Source of the DNA: Planctomycetia bacterium | GTDB taxonomy: Bacteria; Planctomycetota; Planctomycetia; Pirellulales; Thermoguttaceae | Length of the DNA: 64,000 bases | Direction: 5' to 3' | NCBI GenBank assembly: GCA_030527205.1 | Contig: JAUNBG010000010.1 | Span: 21,556-85,555 of the forward strand | Part shown: piece after piece, positions 27,983 to 39,075 of the stretch | Layout: the number at the start of each line of letters is the position of its first letter | Numbering within the stretch: the stretch's first letter is position 1 | Made by a program: the position numbers and the translations under genes | The notes under the pieces: generated by a model | Told to the model about the DNA's origin: nothing | The model's database searches: none | The model's input: the letters and a program-made list of their open reading frames with translations, nothing else

Positions 27983-29965
27983 TTATTTAGAACGTTTTCT
28001 TCTGAGGATAATCAAACCGGTCAAGACGCAGAAAAAAGCGCAAAGGGCAGGAAACAATCGATAAATAGCCCAAATATTGTCATAATTGGCCGATAATTCG
28101 GGATAAATATTGGCATAAACGATTTCGGTTTTTCCCCGTTTGCCGCAATTTAATATTTTTCCGGTCGGATCGATGGCAGCAGAAAATCCCCCATGAGTTG
28201 CCGAAAGGACATAAATATGATTTTCAACAGCGCGAAAGACGTTTGCCGCCAAATGATAATCAATTTGCCAAATATGGCGAAACCAGCCGTCGTTCGATAT
28301 GTTTACTAAAATTTGCGGATTGCATGAATTATGATGATTGACTTCCTCTATTTGTTTGAAAATGAATTGAGGCGTTGCGCTTTCGAAACAAATATTGGCA
28401 AGAATTGGAATTTCATCGGTTCTGCCGGAAGATTTAACAAAAAACATTTCCGAAGCTTTTCCCGGCTTGACTGTACTGCAAAGCGTTTTCAGCGGAAACC
28501 AATCCGGCAAATATTCTTCAAACGGAAGATATTCTCCAAATATAACCAAATGCGCTTTATCATTCCGCAGTTTCATGCGTTCCGGAGAAACAAACCAGGC
28601 AGAATTATAAAAATTGGGTTGTCCATTTGAATTATATTCGACGGTTAATGCGCCCAAAACAAGCGGCGTTTTTAAGTTTGAAACCCAATCGAATAACGTT
28701 TGATCCCTTTCCGACAAAATTTGACCGATTTGTTCATTTCGGTCGCTTGCCGATAAAGATTCCATTCCCGGAAAAAAGCCGTTTTCTGAAACAAGATAAA
28801 ATGGATCAGAAAAACAACTTTCCGGCCAAACAATCAAATCTGGCTTAAAAGCCCCTTTTTTTGCCGCTTCGTTCGTCATTTTTATATAACTTTGACAAAT
28901 AGCCTCATTAACGTCTTCTGAAACAGGAAACGAAAATGTTGTTCCGTCTTGAAGCAGGGCGACTCGAAAAGCTGAGGTTGATTCTGCTGAAAAATGGGAC
29001 GATTTGCTCTGAGTTGAAGAATGTTGAGCGACGCAATTTTCATATTTTTTTTCAAAAGAATCAAGTTGCCCCTTTCCCCAAAAAAGAATCAAAATAACGG
29101 TCAAAATAACGACCAATAAAGGAAAAAATGAAATCCGGCATTTGCTTTGAATTCGTCTTTCTTTTTCATTTTGATCGTCATTTAATTGAACCATTTCGCT
29201 TGAATCAATAAGATCATCAAAATTCGACTCTTTTTTGAAAAGATTATTTCTTTTTCGATCAGATCGACGCCAAGAATCGCCTGGAAGACGAATCGACAAT
29301 CCCAAGCCCATTCCGATCAAAACGATGACCGCGCCAACAATATATTCGCCGATCGGAAAGGCCAATTGAATCAAGCTCGGATGTTGATAAAGGGAATGTT
29401 CCAAAGAAGCGAAAGAAAAACCGCCAAACAAATGCTTCCTGAACCATTCCATTCCAATCCAAACGATTGGAGCGATCAAGAAAATCGGAAAATTCCAACG
29501 ATAAACGAAAGTTCGAGTCAAAGCAATAAATAAGGGAAAATAAGGAGAAACGACCAAAGCAACAGCCAACCAACCCAAACTCGTTGCCGGATGAGGAAAT
29601 GTCAACCAAAATGCAACAAGGAGCCAAAACAGATAAGTTGCCAGCCAAATTTGTCCATAAAACGAAGCTAACCAAGAGACAAATCTCACAAAAAGAGCAG
29701 CGATCCCTTTCGACCAGACATTATTCTGAGGAAAAATTTCCTGATTTGTTCGTTGAGTTTTTAAGAAAGAATTTAACTTTTCGTTCCGCAAGAGAAAAGT
29801 CCAAATCGCCGGAACCAAAAAGACAAGTCCCCAACAACTGACAGGCGGAAGCGCCAACCAATAAGCAATAAACGAAAAGAACGCAATAAAAAACGGCAAA
29901 AATGTTGTTTTCGACCAATCTTTTTTTTCCGTTTGAATTGAATGCTTATCCGTTGATAATGACAT
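27983..29965 (-). CDS. lnt: Apolipoprotein N-acyltransferase
   Basis: 660 aa. A polytopic N-terminal half, then a C-terminal CN-hydrolase domain with LIVWPES, ...KAHLVIFGEY and NICFES. A charged ~50-aa loop (aa 226-277) lengthens it. Confidence 0.8.
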   Translation of the reverse strand: MSLSTDKHSIQTEKKDWSKTTFLPFFIAFFSFIAYWLALPPVSCWGLVFLVPAIWTFLLRNEKLNSFLKTQRTNQEIFPQNNVWSKGIAALFVRFVSWLASFYGQIWLATYLFWLLVAFWLTFPHPATSLGWLAVALVVSPYFPLFIALTRTFVYRWNFPIFLIAPIVWIGMEWFRKHLFGGFSFASLEHSLYQHPSLIQLAFPIGEYIVGAVIVLIGMGLGLSIRLPGDSWRRSDRKRNNLFKKESNFDDLIDSSEMVQLNDDQNEKERRIQSKCRISFFPLLVVILTVILILFWGKGQLDSFEKKYENCVAQHSSTQSKSSHFSAESTSAFRVALLQDGTTFSFPVSEDVNEAICQSYIKMTNEAAKKGAFKPDLIVWPESCFSDPFYLVSENGFFPGMESLSASDRNEQIGQILSERDQTLFDWVSNLKTPLVLGALTVEYNSNGQPNFYNSAWFVSPERMKLRNDKAHLVIFGEYLPFEEYLPDWFPLKTLCSTVKPGKASEMFFVKSSGRTDEIPILANICFESATPQFIFKQIEEVNHHNSCNPQILVNISNDGWFRHIWQIDYHLAANVFRAVENHIYVLSATHGGFSAAIDPTGKILNCGKRGKTEIVYANIYPELSANYDNIWAIYRLFPALCAFFCVLTGLIILRRKRSK

Positions 29966-30178
29966 TATAACTGATTCCTCTTGATTTTTCCCAAACGAAA
30001 AGATTTATTCAAGCCAATAAAAAATCCGAGATCATCAAGACGCAAACCCTGCAGCAATGCGCTGATTGCGAAAGGGCAAAAAAGGTCTGTTACCGAAACT
30101 GACTTATCGACTTCTGAAGAACTCTTTTGAAAGTTCGATTGAATCTTTGATAAAAACGATGTTTTGCAAAGGCAAGAA

Positions 30179-31879
30179 TCAAAAATTGCTGACAGAAGTT
30201 CCCGACCCGGAATCGGCTATGATTGAGGTCGACGTCGTTGTTATCGTCGAGGAAGGCCCTGAATTAGGCGGATAATTATCCAAAAAACCGCAAAGAAGTT
30301 TTGAACGAACCGGATGTTGAAGTTTTCGAACCGCTTTCGCCTCAATTTGCCGAACTCGTTCCCGCGTTACGGAAAAAATGCGTCCAACTTCTTCTAATGT
30401 ATATGTATAACCGTCTGCCAAACCAAAACGGAGTCGAATGATTTCTCGTTCTCGAAAACTCAAAACGGCCAATACTTGATTGAGTTGTTCGCGAAGAGCA
30501 TCTTTATTCAATTCATTTAACGGATCAACTTTTCGATAATCTTCAATAAAATCGCCAAAATAGCTTTCTGCATAACCTTCTATCGGACGATCCAATGAAA
30601 GAGGCGGACGATTCATTTGAATAACCGATTGAATATCCTCCGAACTGAAACCGGTATGAACCGCAATATCCTGTATCGACGGAATGACTTTTTTTTGTTG
30701 AATCAACTCTTTTGTTGCCAAACGAACCGTTTTCATTGTTTCAATCAAATGATTCGGAATGCGAATGGTTCGACTCTGTTCGGCAATAGCGCGAGAAATT
30801 GCCTGGCGGATCCACCAAGTCGCGTAAGTCGAAAATTTGTATCCGCGCTTATATTCATATTTATCAACCGCCCTCATTAAACCTGTATTGCCTTCCTGAA
30901 TCAGGTCCAGGAAACTAAGTCCCCGATTACGAAAATGTTTCGCAATACTAACGACCAGACGCAAATTGCCTGAGGAAAAGGTTCGTTTTGCGGTTTCAAA
31001 TTCCTGACGCCATTTTTGAATCCGGCACACTTTTTTATTTAAAGAAAGAGGACTTTCCAAAGTTTTGCGCATAATCGAATGCAAACGTTTTCGACTTTTC
31101 TTCCATTTTAAATATATTTCGCAATGTTTTTCTTCGTTTAATTCGTTTTTCAACAGCAATTCGCATTTTCGAATTCTCTGATATAATTTTTGCATTTGCT
31201 GATTAAGCTTCAGAAGAGAATCATAAATTTGCGTAATGCTTTGCGTTCGCAACCCAAGTTCTTCAAGCAAACGAACGGCATGAAGTCGTCGATGACGAAG
31301 ATTTCGAAAAGCCTCTCGACGAACCTGTTTTGACTCGCGTTTATCGATCATCAATCTAAAATCAACTTGATTTCGTTGAAGAATATTATCCAAGGTTGTT
31401 AAATGAGGAGTCAAATAATTCCAAAATCGTTGCTTCGCTTTAATATTGGTTACGGAAATATCAATAGTTCGATCCAGACGCAAATGACCGCTTTGAATTT
31501 CTCGCAATATTTGAACAGCAGCATTAACCATATAATCAACAGAAAAAACGTTCTGACGGAACAGTTTTCGAGACTTTTCGATTTGACTTGCAACTTGAAG
31601 TTCTTCTTCGCGGCTCAGCATTGGCGAATTAGCCATTTGTAAAAGATAAATTCGAATAGGGTCGTCTATTTGCGAATCGGAATCCGCAAATTCATCTTTA
31701 TAATCGTTATCGTCTTCCTCTGTGTCCTGAATATCCAATCTTGACAAATCAGAGGAATATTCATTAAATCCCAAAGAATCAAAAAGAATTTCTTCATTCG
31801 GCAAATCCGTTAATTCATCGTTATCAAACATGGTTCGAATGTCGCCTGCTTTTCCGATGTCGTCCTGTCCAATCGTCAT
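30179..31879 (-). CDS. rpoD: Primary RNA polymerase sigma-70 factor
   Basis: [10 protein letters not shown] (region 1.2), [33 protein letters not shown] (region 2), [30 protein letters not shown] (region 4.2). The N-terminus is acidic. A ~30-aa S/T-rich extension follows the usual C-terminal end. Confidence 0.95.
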   Translation of the reverse strand: MTIGQDDIGKAGDIRTMFDNDELTDLPNEEILFDSLGFNEYSSDLSRLDIQDTEEDDNDYKDEFADSDSQIDDPIRIYLLQMANSPMLSREEELQVASQIEKSRKLFRQNVFSVDYMVNAAVQILREIQSGHLRLDRTIDISVTNIKAKQRFWNYLTPHLTTLDNILQRNQVDFRLMIDKRESKQVRREAFRNLRHRRLHAVRLLEELGLRTQSITQIYDSLLKLNQQMQKLYQRIRKCELLLKNELNEEKHCEIYLKWKKSRKRLHSIMRKTLESPLSLNKKVCRIQKWRQEFETAKRTFSSGNLRLVVSIAKHFRNRGLSFLDLIQEGNTGLMRAVDKYEYKRGYKFSTYATWWIRQAISRAIAEQSRTIRIPNHLIETMKTVRLATKELIQQKKVIPSIQDIAVHTGFSSEDIQSVIQMNRPPLSLDRPIEGYAESYFGDFIEDYRKVDPLNELNKDALREQLNQVLAVLSFREREIIRLRFGLADGYTYTLEEVGRIFSVTRERVRQIEAKAVRKLQHPVRSKLLCGFLDNYPPNSGPSSTITTTSTSIIADSGSGTSVSNF

Positions 31880-32752
31880 AAAACGTTCTCTTTAAAAGAT
31901 GAATAAATCAACAAAAACAATCCTTGTTTTTCAACGCTGCCTGTTGATTATTCAATTGAGATTAATAGAACGGCTTATCAACTTGACAATGGAACAATTC
32001 AATTTATAGTAATAAAAGGAAAACAATAAGGAATATTAATTTGTTTCTTTCCAATTTTGCTCTCGAAAATGAAACAATATTATTGACAACAAAGCCTGTA
32101 TAGGCAATCCTGATTTCAGTTTTATTAATCAGCTTTCATTGCCAGACTTGCGTCCCTTCGATTCGGGATTCAATTGCTTCAAATTACTCAAGACGTTGGA
32201 AAAACCGTCTTCTGATTTTGTAAGCCCGACAATTATTTTGAAAAGAATGACATTAAATTATTAATTGCAAACCAAACAATCAATTATTCGCTATTTTCGT
32301 ATTCTGCAATATGTTCAGACAAGAGTCAAAAACTTCCCTGTTACAATATCGGTTTCCTGTTTAATATTCTTGATTCGATCATTTTGAAATCAGATATTCA
32401 ATCGATTCGTTTTATTATGATAAAACAAAGGATCAATAAATAACAAAAAATCGTTATATTACATAAACTCTTAGCTTCTCATTAACGTTTGAAATTTGTT
32501 TATTCCTTGGCCATAAAGACCAAAAACAAACTGACAACAGAACTCATTGTCTTTGATAAGAAATTTGAAAAAAGCAAAATCACAAATAACCCAGAATATC
32601 CTTCTTTCCTGATTAATTTATTTTATTCAATTATAAAAATATTACAATTAAGAGGATATAAAAAAATAAGATTTTTTGCAAAAATTTTACAAAAAATGAA
32701 ACAAACAGCTTCAATGAATCGCAAACAGAACAATTGACGAACAACAACCGAT

Positions 32753-33472
32753 ATGTCAACTCAATTTCCCCCGAATATGTCAGAAAAAACAATAACAAAT
32801 AAAACAGTCCCAAAAAAAGAAACGAAACTGATAACAATAGACGGTCCGGCTGGAGCGGGCAAAAGTTCTGTTGCAAAACAATTAGCCGCTCAAATCGGTT
32901 TTTATTATCTTGATACAGGCGCTCTTTATCGAACGGTTGCTCTTTTGGGACTCAAAAATCAAGTCGACTGGAACGATCCTGCGGCGCTTGTCTCTTTGAC
33001 CCAAAAAAATCTGATTGATTATCGAGCCGGTCGCGTTTATCTCAATCAAGAGGACGTTTCCGAACAAATTCGTTCTTCAGAAATAACGTTTTTAACTCAA
33101 TATTCGTCGAAAAATCCTGCGATCCGTTTGTTGATGAACGATTTACAAAGAAAAATAGCGACAACGGATCATTTTGTAACAGAAGGCCGGGATCAGGGAA
33201 GCGTTGTTTTTCCTGACGCTTTCCGGAAATTTTATTTAACCGCTTCCCCGGAAGAAAGAGCTCGTCGTCGCTTTAAGGAGCAACAACAACGCGGCGAAAA
33301 TGTCGATTATCAACAAATCCTGATTGATATAAATGAACGCGACTATCGGGATTCTCATCGAGACGTTGCCCCTTTGATTCAACCGAAAGGGGCAATCATT
33401 ATTGATTCCGATGGCAAAAGTTTGGACGAAGTCGTTGAATTAATGAAACGTCATATCGAAATGCCAGACTAA
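32753..33472 (+). CDS. cmk: Cytidylate kinase
   Basis: ITIDGPAGAGKSSVAKQLA...YLDTGALYR P-loop/CMP-binding signature. Confidence 0.9.
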   Translation: MSTQFPPNMSEKTITNKTVPKKETKLITIDGPAGAGKSSVAKQLAAQIGFYYLDTGALYRTVALLGLKNQVDWNDPAALVSLTQKNLIDYRAGRVYLNQEDVSEQIRSSEITFLTQYSSKNPAIRLLMNDLQRKIATTDHFVTEGRDQGSVVFPDAFRKFYLTASPEERARRRFKEQQQRGENVDYQQILIDINERDYRDSHRDVAPLIQPKGAIIIDSDGKSLDEVVELMKRHIEMPD

Positions 33473-33473
33473 A

Positions 33474-33580
33474 AGGAAGTTTTAACCCCCTTAGGAGCGC
33501 GAACGCCTCATTCGCAAGAACTGATTTTAACGACTTTATCCGAAATGCGGTTGTTAAAAAATTCGGGTTTTTAGAATTCC
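33474..33580 (-). repeat. MITE-like palindromic intergenic element, copy 4 (reverse)
   Basis: AGGAAGTTTTAAC ... GGAGCGCGAACGCCTCATTCGC ... TTAACGACTTTATCCGAAATGCGGTTGTT ... GGGTTTTTAGAATTCC. It fills the gap between the convergent cmk and HEAT-protein stops. Confidence 0.9.
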
Positions 33581-33586
33581 ATAAAA

Positions 33587-35800
33587 TCATTTCCAACGTT
33601 CAATAACAGTTTGAATGCGATCTTTCAACGCTTGTTCCGTCGTTAAACTTTGGGCATAAATCATTGCCTCAACGAGTTCTTTGCGAGCTTGAATGCGAGC
33701 GTCGCGAGCTTTTTGTTCTTCGTCGGGATCATAAGTCATCCAATCCCAACCGGGTTCGGCAAGATTGATTTTTTCCGCAACCAAAATAGCGGTTTCGCAA
33801 GCTTTTTCCTTAAATTCTTCAACATTCGCATAAGAAAGAGCAGCCTGAACCGATTGGACGTCGATGATTCGTTCGAAAACATCAAAAACAAGGATTTTAT
33901 CTTCTGAACGAGTTGCCAAATCAAACGCGGTTCGACTCATTTCGATTCGTTGTTGAGTTGGCAGCCCAAACTGTCGGGGAACGCGAATGAAGCTTCGAAT
34001 GCCGCGAATTCGATATTTATTGTCTTTGGATTCTTTTGCGATTTTCAAACAGGTTTCCGCAACGGCAGGCATGTCGCCGGGATTATTCCATTCGCCAAGA
34101 ATTCGAGTTGCGTCTTCGATTGTTTCCGGTTTCCAGCAAGCGGAAGCAACGCAATCGAGCGCTGTTTTGCCGCCAATCTGTTTGAGAATTCCAAGCAATT
34201 TGATTTGAGAGGACGTTTCGGAATCGTTAAAAATTCCGACAATAACCTGAGCCGTTTGTTCTTGCGGCAGTCGCAAACAGGCAAAACGAAGAAGTTGATC
34301 AACTTTGCCCGCATCCGATTCCTTGAGAAGAATAGCAATAAGCGTTCCTAATTCTTCAATGGGAACCGTTTCTGCGAACGCTGAAAGAGCCGCGTCCCGA
34401 ACTTTTGCGTCAATTCCCTCTTTTTGAATGATTTCAACTAAAAGAGAATTGGTTTCTTTGATTCTCCGAGCTTGAATTACGCGAAGAAATTCAATGAAAA
34501 CGTTATTCCAAAGCTCCGTTTGACTTTCCATTTCTTCTGGCGAAACCGTTTTTGTTGAAGCGCGATCCCGTTCTTCCCAGGCACGATTGATTTCATTGGC
34601 AAAAGTTTCGTTAACCGAATTGCCGCGAACAGAAATCCAGGCGTTAAATGCAATGGAAATATTCTCTTTGCGTTGTTTGGCTTCCTCAAGATCGTCTGGA
34701 TTGAAATCTTGAATGATTTTTTTAGTATTCTCAATCAGATATTCAAGCAGTTGCGGATTTTCGTCAGCATTGAGATTCCCCAGATATCGGAATATAATCT
34801 TTTGAATCTCAAAAAAGTTTTCATCAGGAATATTTTTGTTCAAAATAAAAGTTTCCATTGTTTTGCGGGAAAAGTCGTCATTTCTCGAAACAATGGCCTC
34901 TAAAACCAAAACCTGCCGTTCAATGGAAAGATCATCAAATTCAATTGTTTTGAAGGTTTCAATCATTGAATCGGCCAGCGAAATATCCAAATCGACAAGA
35001 ACCTTTAACGTTGTCTCAAAAATCGCCGAATCGTCAGAAAACAGATTTTCCGCAATTTTAGACAATCCGTCCGCTTTTTGCGCTAAAATCAAATGATAAT
35101 TTGCTCCGTTTCGGACAAACGCGGGAAAATCGACTTCGTCAAAGGTTAATTGATAAAGTTTAAGCGCCGCTTCCGTTTCTCCTGATTTTTCCAAATGCAG
35201 AGCGCAAATAAGAATTGCGTCGGCCAGACCTTTCCAAAGAAGAAAATCTTCTTGATTTCTTTTTGCAATTTCTGCGACAAGAATTTCTGCGGCTTCTTGA
35301 GTTCCAATGAAACCGAGCGTTGCATAAACCGCTTTTTGAACCAGAGCGTCAGGATTATTTTCCAAAATTGATTTTAATATTGGAATCGCAGTTCTGTCCC
35401 GACGAACGCCGATTGAATCGATAACGCCGGCGCCAGTTTTTCCTCGAAGTTCCAAAGCCGCTTTTTGCAAGGCTTGATCAACCGCTTGACCTGGAATCGC
35501 TTCTAACGCAAATCGGGCATCGAAATTCAATCTCTCATTGGGAAGCATTGCGACAAGAGCCGGAATGGCCGCCTCGGTCCCATAAACCGCCAATCGTTTA
35601 CAAGCAAGATTCTTCAAAAAAATATCATCAAACGAATCGCCTTCCTTTTGAATCGTTGCGATTAAGATTGATTCGTCTGTCGTTGTTTGAAGCGTTTGCG
35701 CAAGTTCGGGATCAATATCAGCCTGAAGGGACGCAACAAATCCTGACGTCCCCAAAATCATAATCATTATATATAATATTAATATTGAGTATTTTTTCAT
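33587..35800 (-). CDS. Secreted HEAT/ARM-repeat protein, paralogous to the N-terminal part of 8683..10425
   Basis: 737 aa with a signal peptide and helical-repeat composition. It shares the block RILGEWNN...KYRIRGIRSFIRVPRQ with RVLGEWIN...KYRIRAVRGYLRLVRQ of the other protein. There is no DUF1080 domain. Confidence 0.65.
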   Translation of the reverse strand: MKKYSILILYIMIMILGTSGFVASLQADIDPELAQTLQTTTDESILIATIQKEGDSFDDIFLKNLACKRLAVYGTEAAIPALVAMLPNERLNFDARFALEAIPGQAVDQALQKAALELRGKTGAGVIDSIGVRRDRTAIPILKSILENNPDALVQKAVYATLGFIGTQEAAEILVAEIAKRNQEDFLLWKGLADAILICALHLEKSGETEAALKLYQLTFDEVDFPAFVRNGANYHLILAQKADGLSKIAENLFSDDSAIFETTLKVLVDLDISLADSMIETFKTIEFDDLSIERQVLVLEAIVSRNDDFSRKTMETFILNKNIPDENFFEIQKIIFRYLGNLNADENPQLLEYLIENTKKIIQDFNPDDLEEAKQRKENISIAFNAWISVRGNSVNETFANEINRAWEERDRASTKTVSPEEMESQTELWNNVFIEFLRVIQARRIKETNSLLVEIIQKEGIDAKVRDAALSAFAETVPIEELGTLIAILLKESDAGKVDQLLRFACLRLPQEQTAQVIVGIFNDSETSSQIKLLGILKQIGGKTALDCVASACWKPETIEDATRILGEWNNPGDMPAVAETCLKIAKESKDNKYRIRGIRSFIRVPRQFGLPTQQRIEMSRTAFDLATRSEDKILVFDVFERIIDVQSVQAALSYANVEEFKEKACETAILVAEKINLAEPGWDWMTYDPDEEQKARDARIQARKELVEAMIYAQSLTTEQALKDRIQTVIERWK

Positions 35801-35963
35801 TTAATGATTCCTCTTGATTCTTTCGAAATAGTTTCTGTTGGCTGCGTCGACAAAATGATTCAACAACCAACAATTCTCAAGGCATTGCCTTAACATTATT
35901 AATCGACAATTCAATTCTTAAACCGAATCCTTGAGGGGCATCCGGTTTCGATAAATCAATAAT

Positions 35964-37265
35964 CTAAACTGTATAAGGCGCCCTCATTGCCCTTGATCTC
36001 ATTCGATTCGCCTGTTCATCCTGAACAAATTCCTCTTTAACCGGATCAAATTTCAAATTTCGCCCGAGTTGCCAGGCAATATAAGCGCAATGACAGGCAA
36101 TATGAGATTGAGCCGCAACATTCGCATTGGCAGACGGCGTTTGTCTCGTCTTAACGCATTCGACAAACTCCGCAATATGAGCCTCTTGATTCGTTCCGGC
36201 AACACTGAAATCTCTCAGTTCGGCGCGAAGAGCGTCCGAAGAAACAGCCATTCGACCGCTGTCGCCCGTTTCGACCCAACCTTCCTCGCCGACATATCGA
36301 GCGCTGCAAGATCCGAGTCCGAGCCAACCGCTTTCCCGCATAATTAATTTCAAACCGTCCTCATAAACCGCATGAATATGCCCCGCCTTCGATCCGTCTG
36401 GTTTGAACTGCGGAATATATTCGACGGGCGCCGTTGCGTCTTTTTGGGCCGCCCATTGACAAAGGTCAACCGTATGCGATCCCCATTCAAGAATCCCGCC
36501 GCCATGAAAATCAAAATGATTGCGCCATTGGCCGTCAACATAACGCTGATTAAAGGGACGCCAAGGACAAGGACCGAGCCAACGGTTCCAATCAATTTCG
36601 TCAACAGAAGGTTCCGGTTCTGCCGGAAACCATTCATGAAGCGTTGCCGGCCAAAGAGTATTGGCATGAACTTCGGTTAATTTGCCCAATTTGCCGCTTT
36701 GAGCCATTTCTGCGGCAAGCATAAAGTTGCTGATATTTCGACGTTGAGTTCCGGCTTGATAAATAACGCCATATTCATGAACCGCATTGGCAAGCGCCCG
36801 ACTTTCATGAATCGTCAATGAAAGCGGTTTTTCGCAATAAATATCTTTGCCGAATTTCGCTGCGGTTATCGACGCCATTGTATGCCAACGATCGCCCGTT
36901 GCAATGAGAACGGCGTCAATGTCGTCGCGGATAAGCAGATCTTCCATATCTTTAAACATCAAACAGTCGTTATCATTATTTTTTTGATCCGCATACTGTT
37001 TGATTTTTTCTCGTTGATCCTTACGAATATCGCAAATGGCGCGAAAACGAATATCGGGACGTTCAACAAAAAAAGTCAAGTCGCTAAAACCGCGATTTCG
37101 GATTCCGATTCCGCCAAGATTAACTCTGCAACTTGGCGCAACGCCGCCATCAAGTCCCAAAACCTTGCCGGAAATATATTCCGGAAGAAAAACGCCCGCG
37201 GTTAATGCGGAAACCGTTTTGAGAAAGGATCGACGTTTCATTGATCGAGAAAAAGATGATTTCAT
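35964..37265 (-). CDS. Gfo/Idh/MocA-family oxidoreductase with a Tat signal (paralog of 10443..11744)
   Basis: 433 aa. KRRSFLKTVSALTAG, GGIGIRNRG, DAVLIATGDRWH, EKP, and the C-terminus NRMRSRAMRAPYTV (the paralog ends NRMRKRALREPWTV). Confidence 0.85.
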   Translation of the reverse strand: MKSSFSRSMKRRSFLKTVSALTAGVFLPEYISGKVLGLDGGVAPSCRVNLGGIGIRNRGFSDLTFFVERPDIRFRAICDIRKDQREKIKQYADQKNNDNDCLMFKDMEDLLIRDDIDAVLIATGDRWHTMASITAAKFGKDIYCEKPLSLTIHESRALANAVHEYGVIYQAGTQRRNISNFMLAAEMAQSGKLGKLTEVHANTLWPATLHEWFPAEPEPSVDEIDWNRWLGPCPWRPFNQRYVDGQWRNHFDFHGGGILEWGSHTVDLCQWAAQKDATAPVEYIPQFKPDGSKAGHIHAVYEDGLKLIMRESGWLGLGSCSARYVGEEGWVETGDSGRMAVSSDALRAELRDFSVAGTNQEAHIAEFVECVKTRQTPSANANVAAQSHIACHCAYIAWQLGRNLKFDPVKEEFVQDEQANRMRSRAMRAPYTV

Positions 37266-37323
37266 AAATTGCCCTTCCGTTATTTTAATAATATCTTATG
37301 TAATTCATTATATTTTTATTTAA

Positions 37324-37428
37324 AGGAAACTCAAAACCCTTAGGAACGCGGACGTCTCGTTCATGAACGGCTTTTAAAACATTTTTAGAATTGAATTAGT
37401 TGAAAAAGCCAGGTTTTTAGAACTTTCT
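37324..37428 (-). repeat. MITE-like palindromic intergenic element, copy 5 (reverse)
   Basis: AGGAAACTCAAAAC ... GGAACGCGGACGTCTCGTTC ... GGTTTTTAGAACTTTCT. It abuts the stop codon at 37429. Confidence 0.85.
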
Positions 37429-39075
37429 TTATTTCATTAACGGAATCCCCTGAATTCCCTTTTGATAAACAGCGTTAACTTCATTAAGAAGCAATTCCCG
37501 ATTCCAAATCCCAAGTTCGTCAACAGAGCCGTTGAGCGAACAAGGATATTTTTTCGTTCCGTCATTTCCGATAACCCATTCCAAAGCGTTTAATTCTTTT
37601 TCGTCGGAAATATCATCGGAAATAAAAGCCAAACGACCATTTTGATCGCCGAGATAAAAAGCGGCGTTGCCGGTTAAATCAACGGTTATTGCAAAGAACA
37701 TCCATTGATCTGCCGGATAATCCATTGGATTCAAATCGTCGCGAATATCCCCATTCGAAAGATTAAAGGTCGCGCTGGTTCCTTCATTATTCAAATTGGC
37801 GGCCAAAACGAAACCGGGATTTTTCCCGCTTGCCCAATCCTTATTCGAAAGAAGAACCGGATCGCCCTTTTGGTTGCCGTTGGCCTTGAACCATAACGTT
37901 GCGGAAAATCCCTTTGTCGAATTAATATCGAGAATATCCGGTTTTCCCAACGAAAGAAAAGCCCCTTCTTTTTCAAACTGAGCGCATTTGCCATTAATTC
38001 CGCCGTCAATCAAAGCAATCGGAAGATTACTTTTTTCGATTTTCGCATTTTTACAGAAATCGTTAAAATTATTTTCAAAAGGCAAATAAACAATTAAACC
38101 GTTTTGAATATTGGGTTCCGCATCCTGATGAACGTCAAAGGTTTTTCCGTCAAAATATTCTGGAATTTGACCGATCATATGCTCCAAAACATAAGCGGCA
38201 ACGGAACAATTTTGAGGTTGACCTTTCATTCGACCGGAAGGAACATCTTTCGACGAAACGACGAGCGGAATTGTATAGCAATTCTCGCAACCGACAATTC
38301 CATGCGTTGTTTTATAACCGCCATGATCGGAAACAACAATAATTTGCCAATTTTCCGTTGAAAAATTGGGGCGACGACGAATCGCGTCTAAAAGGCGACC
38401 GATTTGAGCGTCATAAGTTGTCATTTTCTCGAAGTAAGGCTCTATAAAAACGGAAAAACCGTTTCCGTGCCCAAACATATCCATTGAATCAAGATAAAGC
38501 ATTAAACAGTCAATATCCCAACCTTTTTCCCATTTCGTATTCGAAATCCCCTCGGTCGTTGGGAAAGTTCCGTCAAGAATTTGAACCGCTTCGTCGACAA
38601 GTTTCATATCTATTTCGAAACCGGGCAAATCCTTGATTAATTTTTGATAATTTGCCAACGTTCGGATATCGGCGTCTTCGGTCCAGTTATGCAGCCAAGC
38701 GGTTATTAATTCCGGTTGAGCTTTCTTCAGAATTTCCAAATAAGAAGGAAATTCGTCATATTTCCCTTGATGAATTTCGCCATTGTTAAAAACGTTATTT
38801 TTTGTCGCTGTAACGCCGGTTGCAATGGCGACATGATTCGTTGCGCTGGACGGCGGAGAATCAAGATTCGTATGAGCTTGATAAGTCCAGGTTCCCCGAT
38901 AACCGTCGGCCCAGGAGCCGTCGATCAACGAATCGATATTGGGCGTCGAAGCGGAAAACATAACGTCTGACCGCATTCCGTCGAGCATAATAACAAGCGA
39001 TTTTTTTTCGCCGCCCCAAACAGCAACCGTCCAAAAGGATAATAAAACCCCTAAAAGAAAAATTTTTATTTTCAT
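37429..39075 (-). CDS. Secreted alkaline-phosphatase-superfamily (type I phosphodiesterase/nucleotide pyrophosphatase-like) protein fused to a LamG/concanavalin-like domain
   Basis: Signal peptide. KKSLVIMLDGMRSD metal-site motif, VVSDHGG, and a C-terminal LamG-like region (ATLWFKANG...VDELGIWNREL). Confidence 0.7.
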   Translation of the reverse strand: MKIKIFLLGVLLSFWTVAVWGGEKKSLVIMLDGMRSDVMFSASTPNIDSLIDGSWADGYRGTWTYQAHTNLDSPPSSATNHVAIATGVTATKNNVFNNGEIHQGKYDEFPSYLEILKKAQPELITAWLHNWTEDADIRTLANYQKLIKDLPGFEIDMKLVDEAVQILDGTFPTTEGISNTKWEKGWDIDCLMLYLDSMDMFGHGNGFSVFIEPYFEKMTTYDAQIGRLLDAIRRRPNFSTENWQIIVVSDHGGYKTTHGIVGCENCYTIPLVVSSKDVPSGRMKGQPQNCSVAAYVLEHMIGQIPEYFDGKTFDVHQDAEPNIQNGLIVYLPFENNFNDFCKNAKIEKSNLPIALIDGGINGKCAQFEKEGAFLSLGKPDILDINSTKGFSATLWFKANGNQKGDPVLLSNKDWASGKNPGFVLAANLNNEGTSATFNLSNGDIRDDLNPMDYPADQWMFFAITVDLTGNAAFYLGDQNGRLAFISDDISDEKELNALEWVIGNDGTKKYPCSLNGSVDELGIWNRELLLNEVNAVYQKGIQGIPLMK

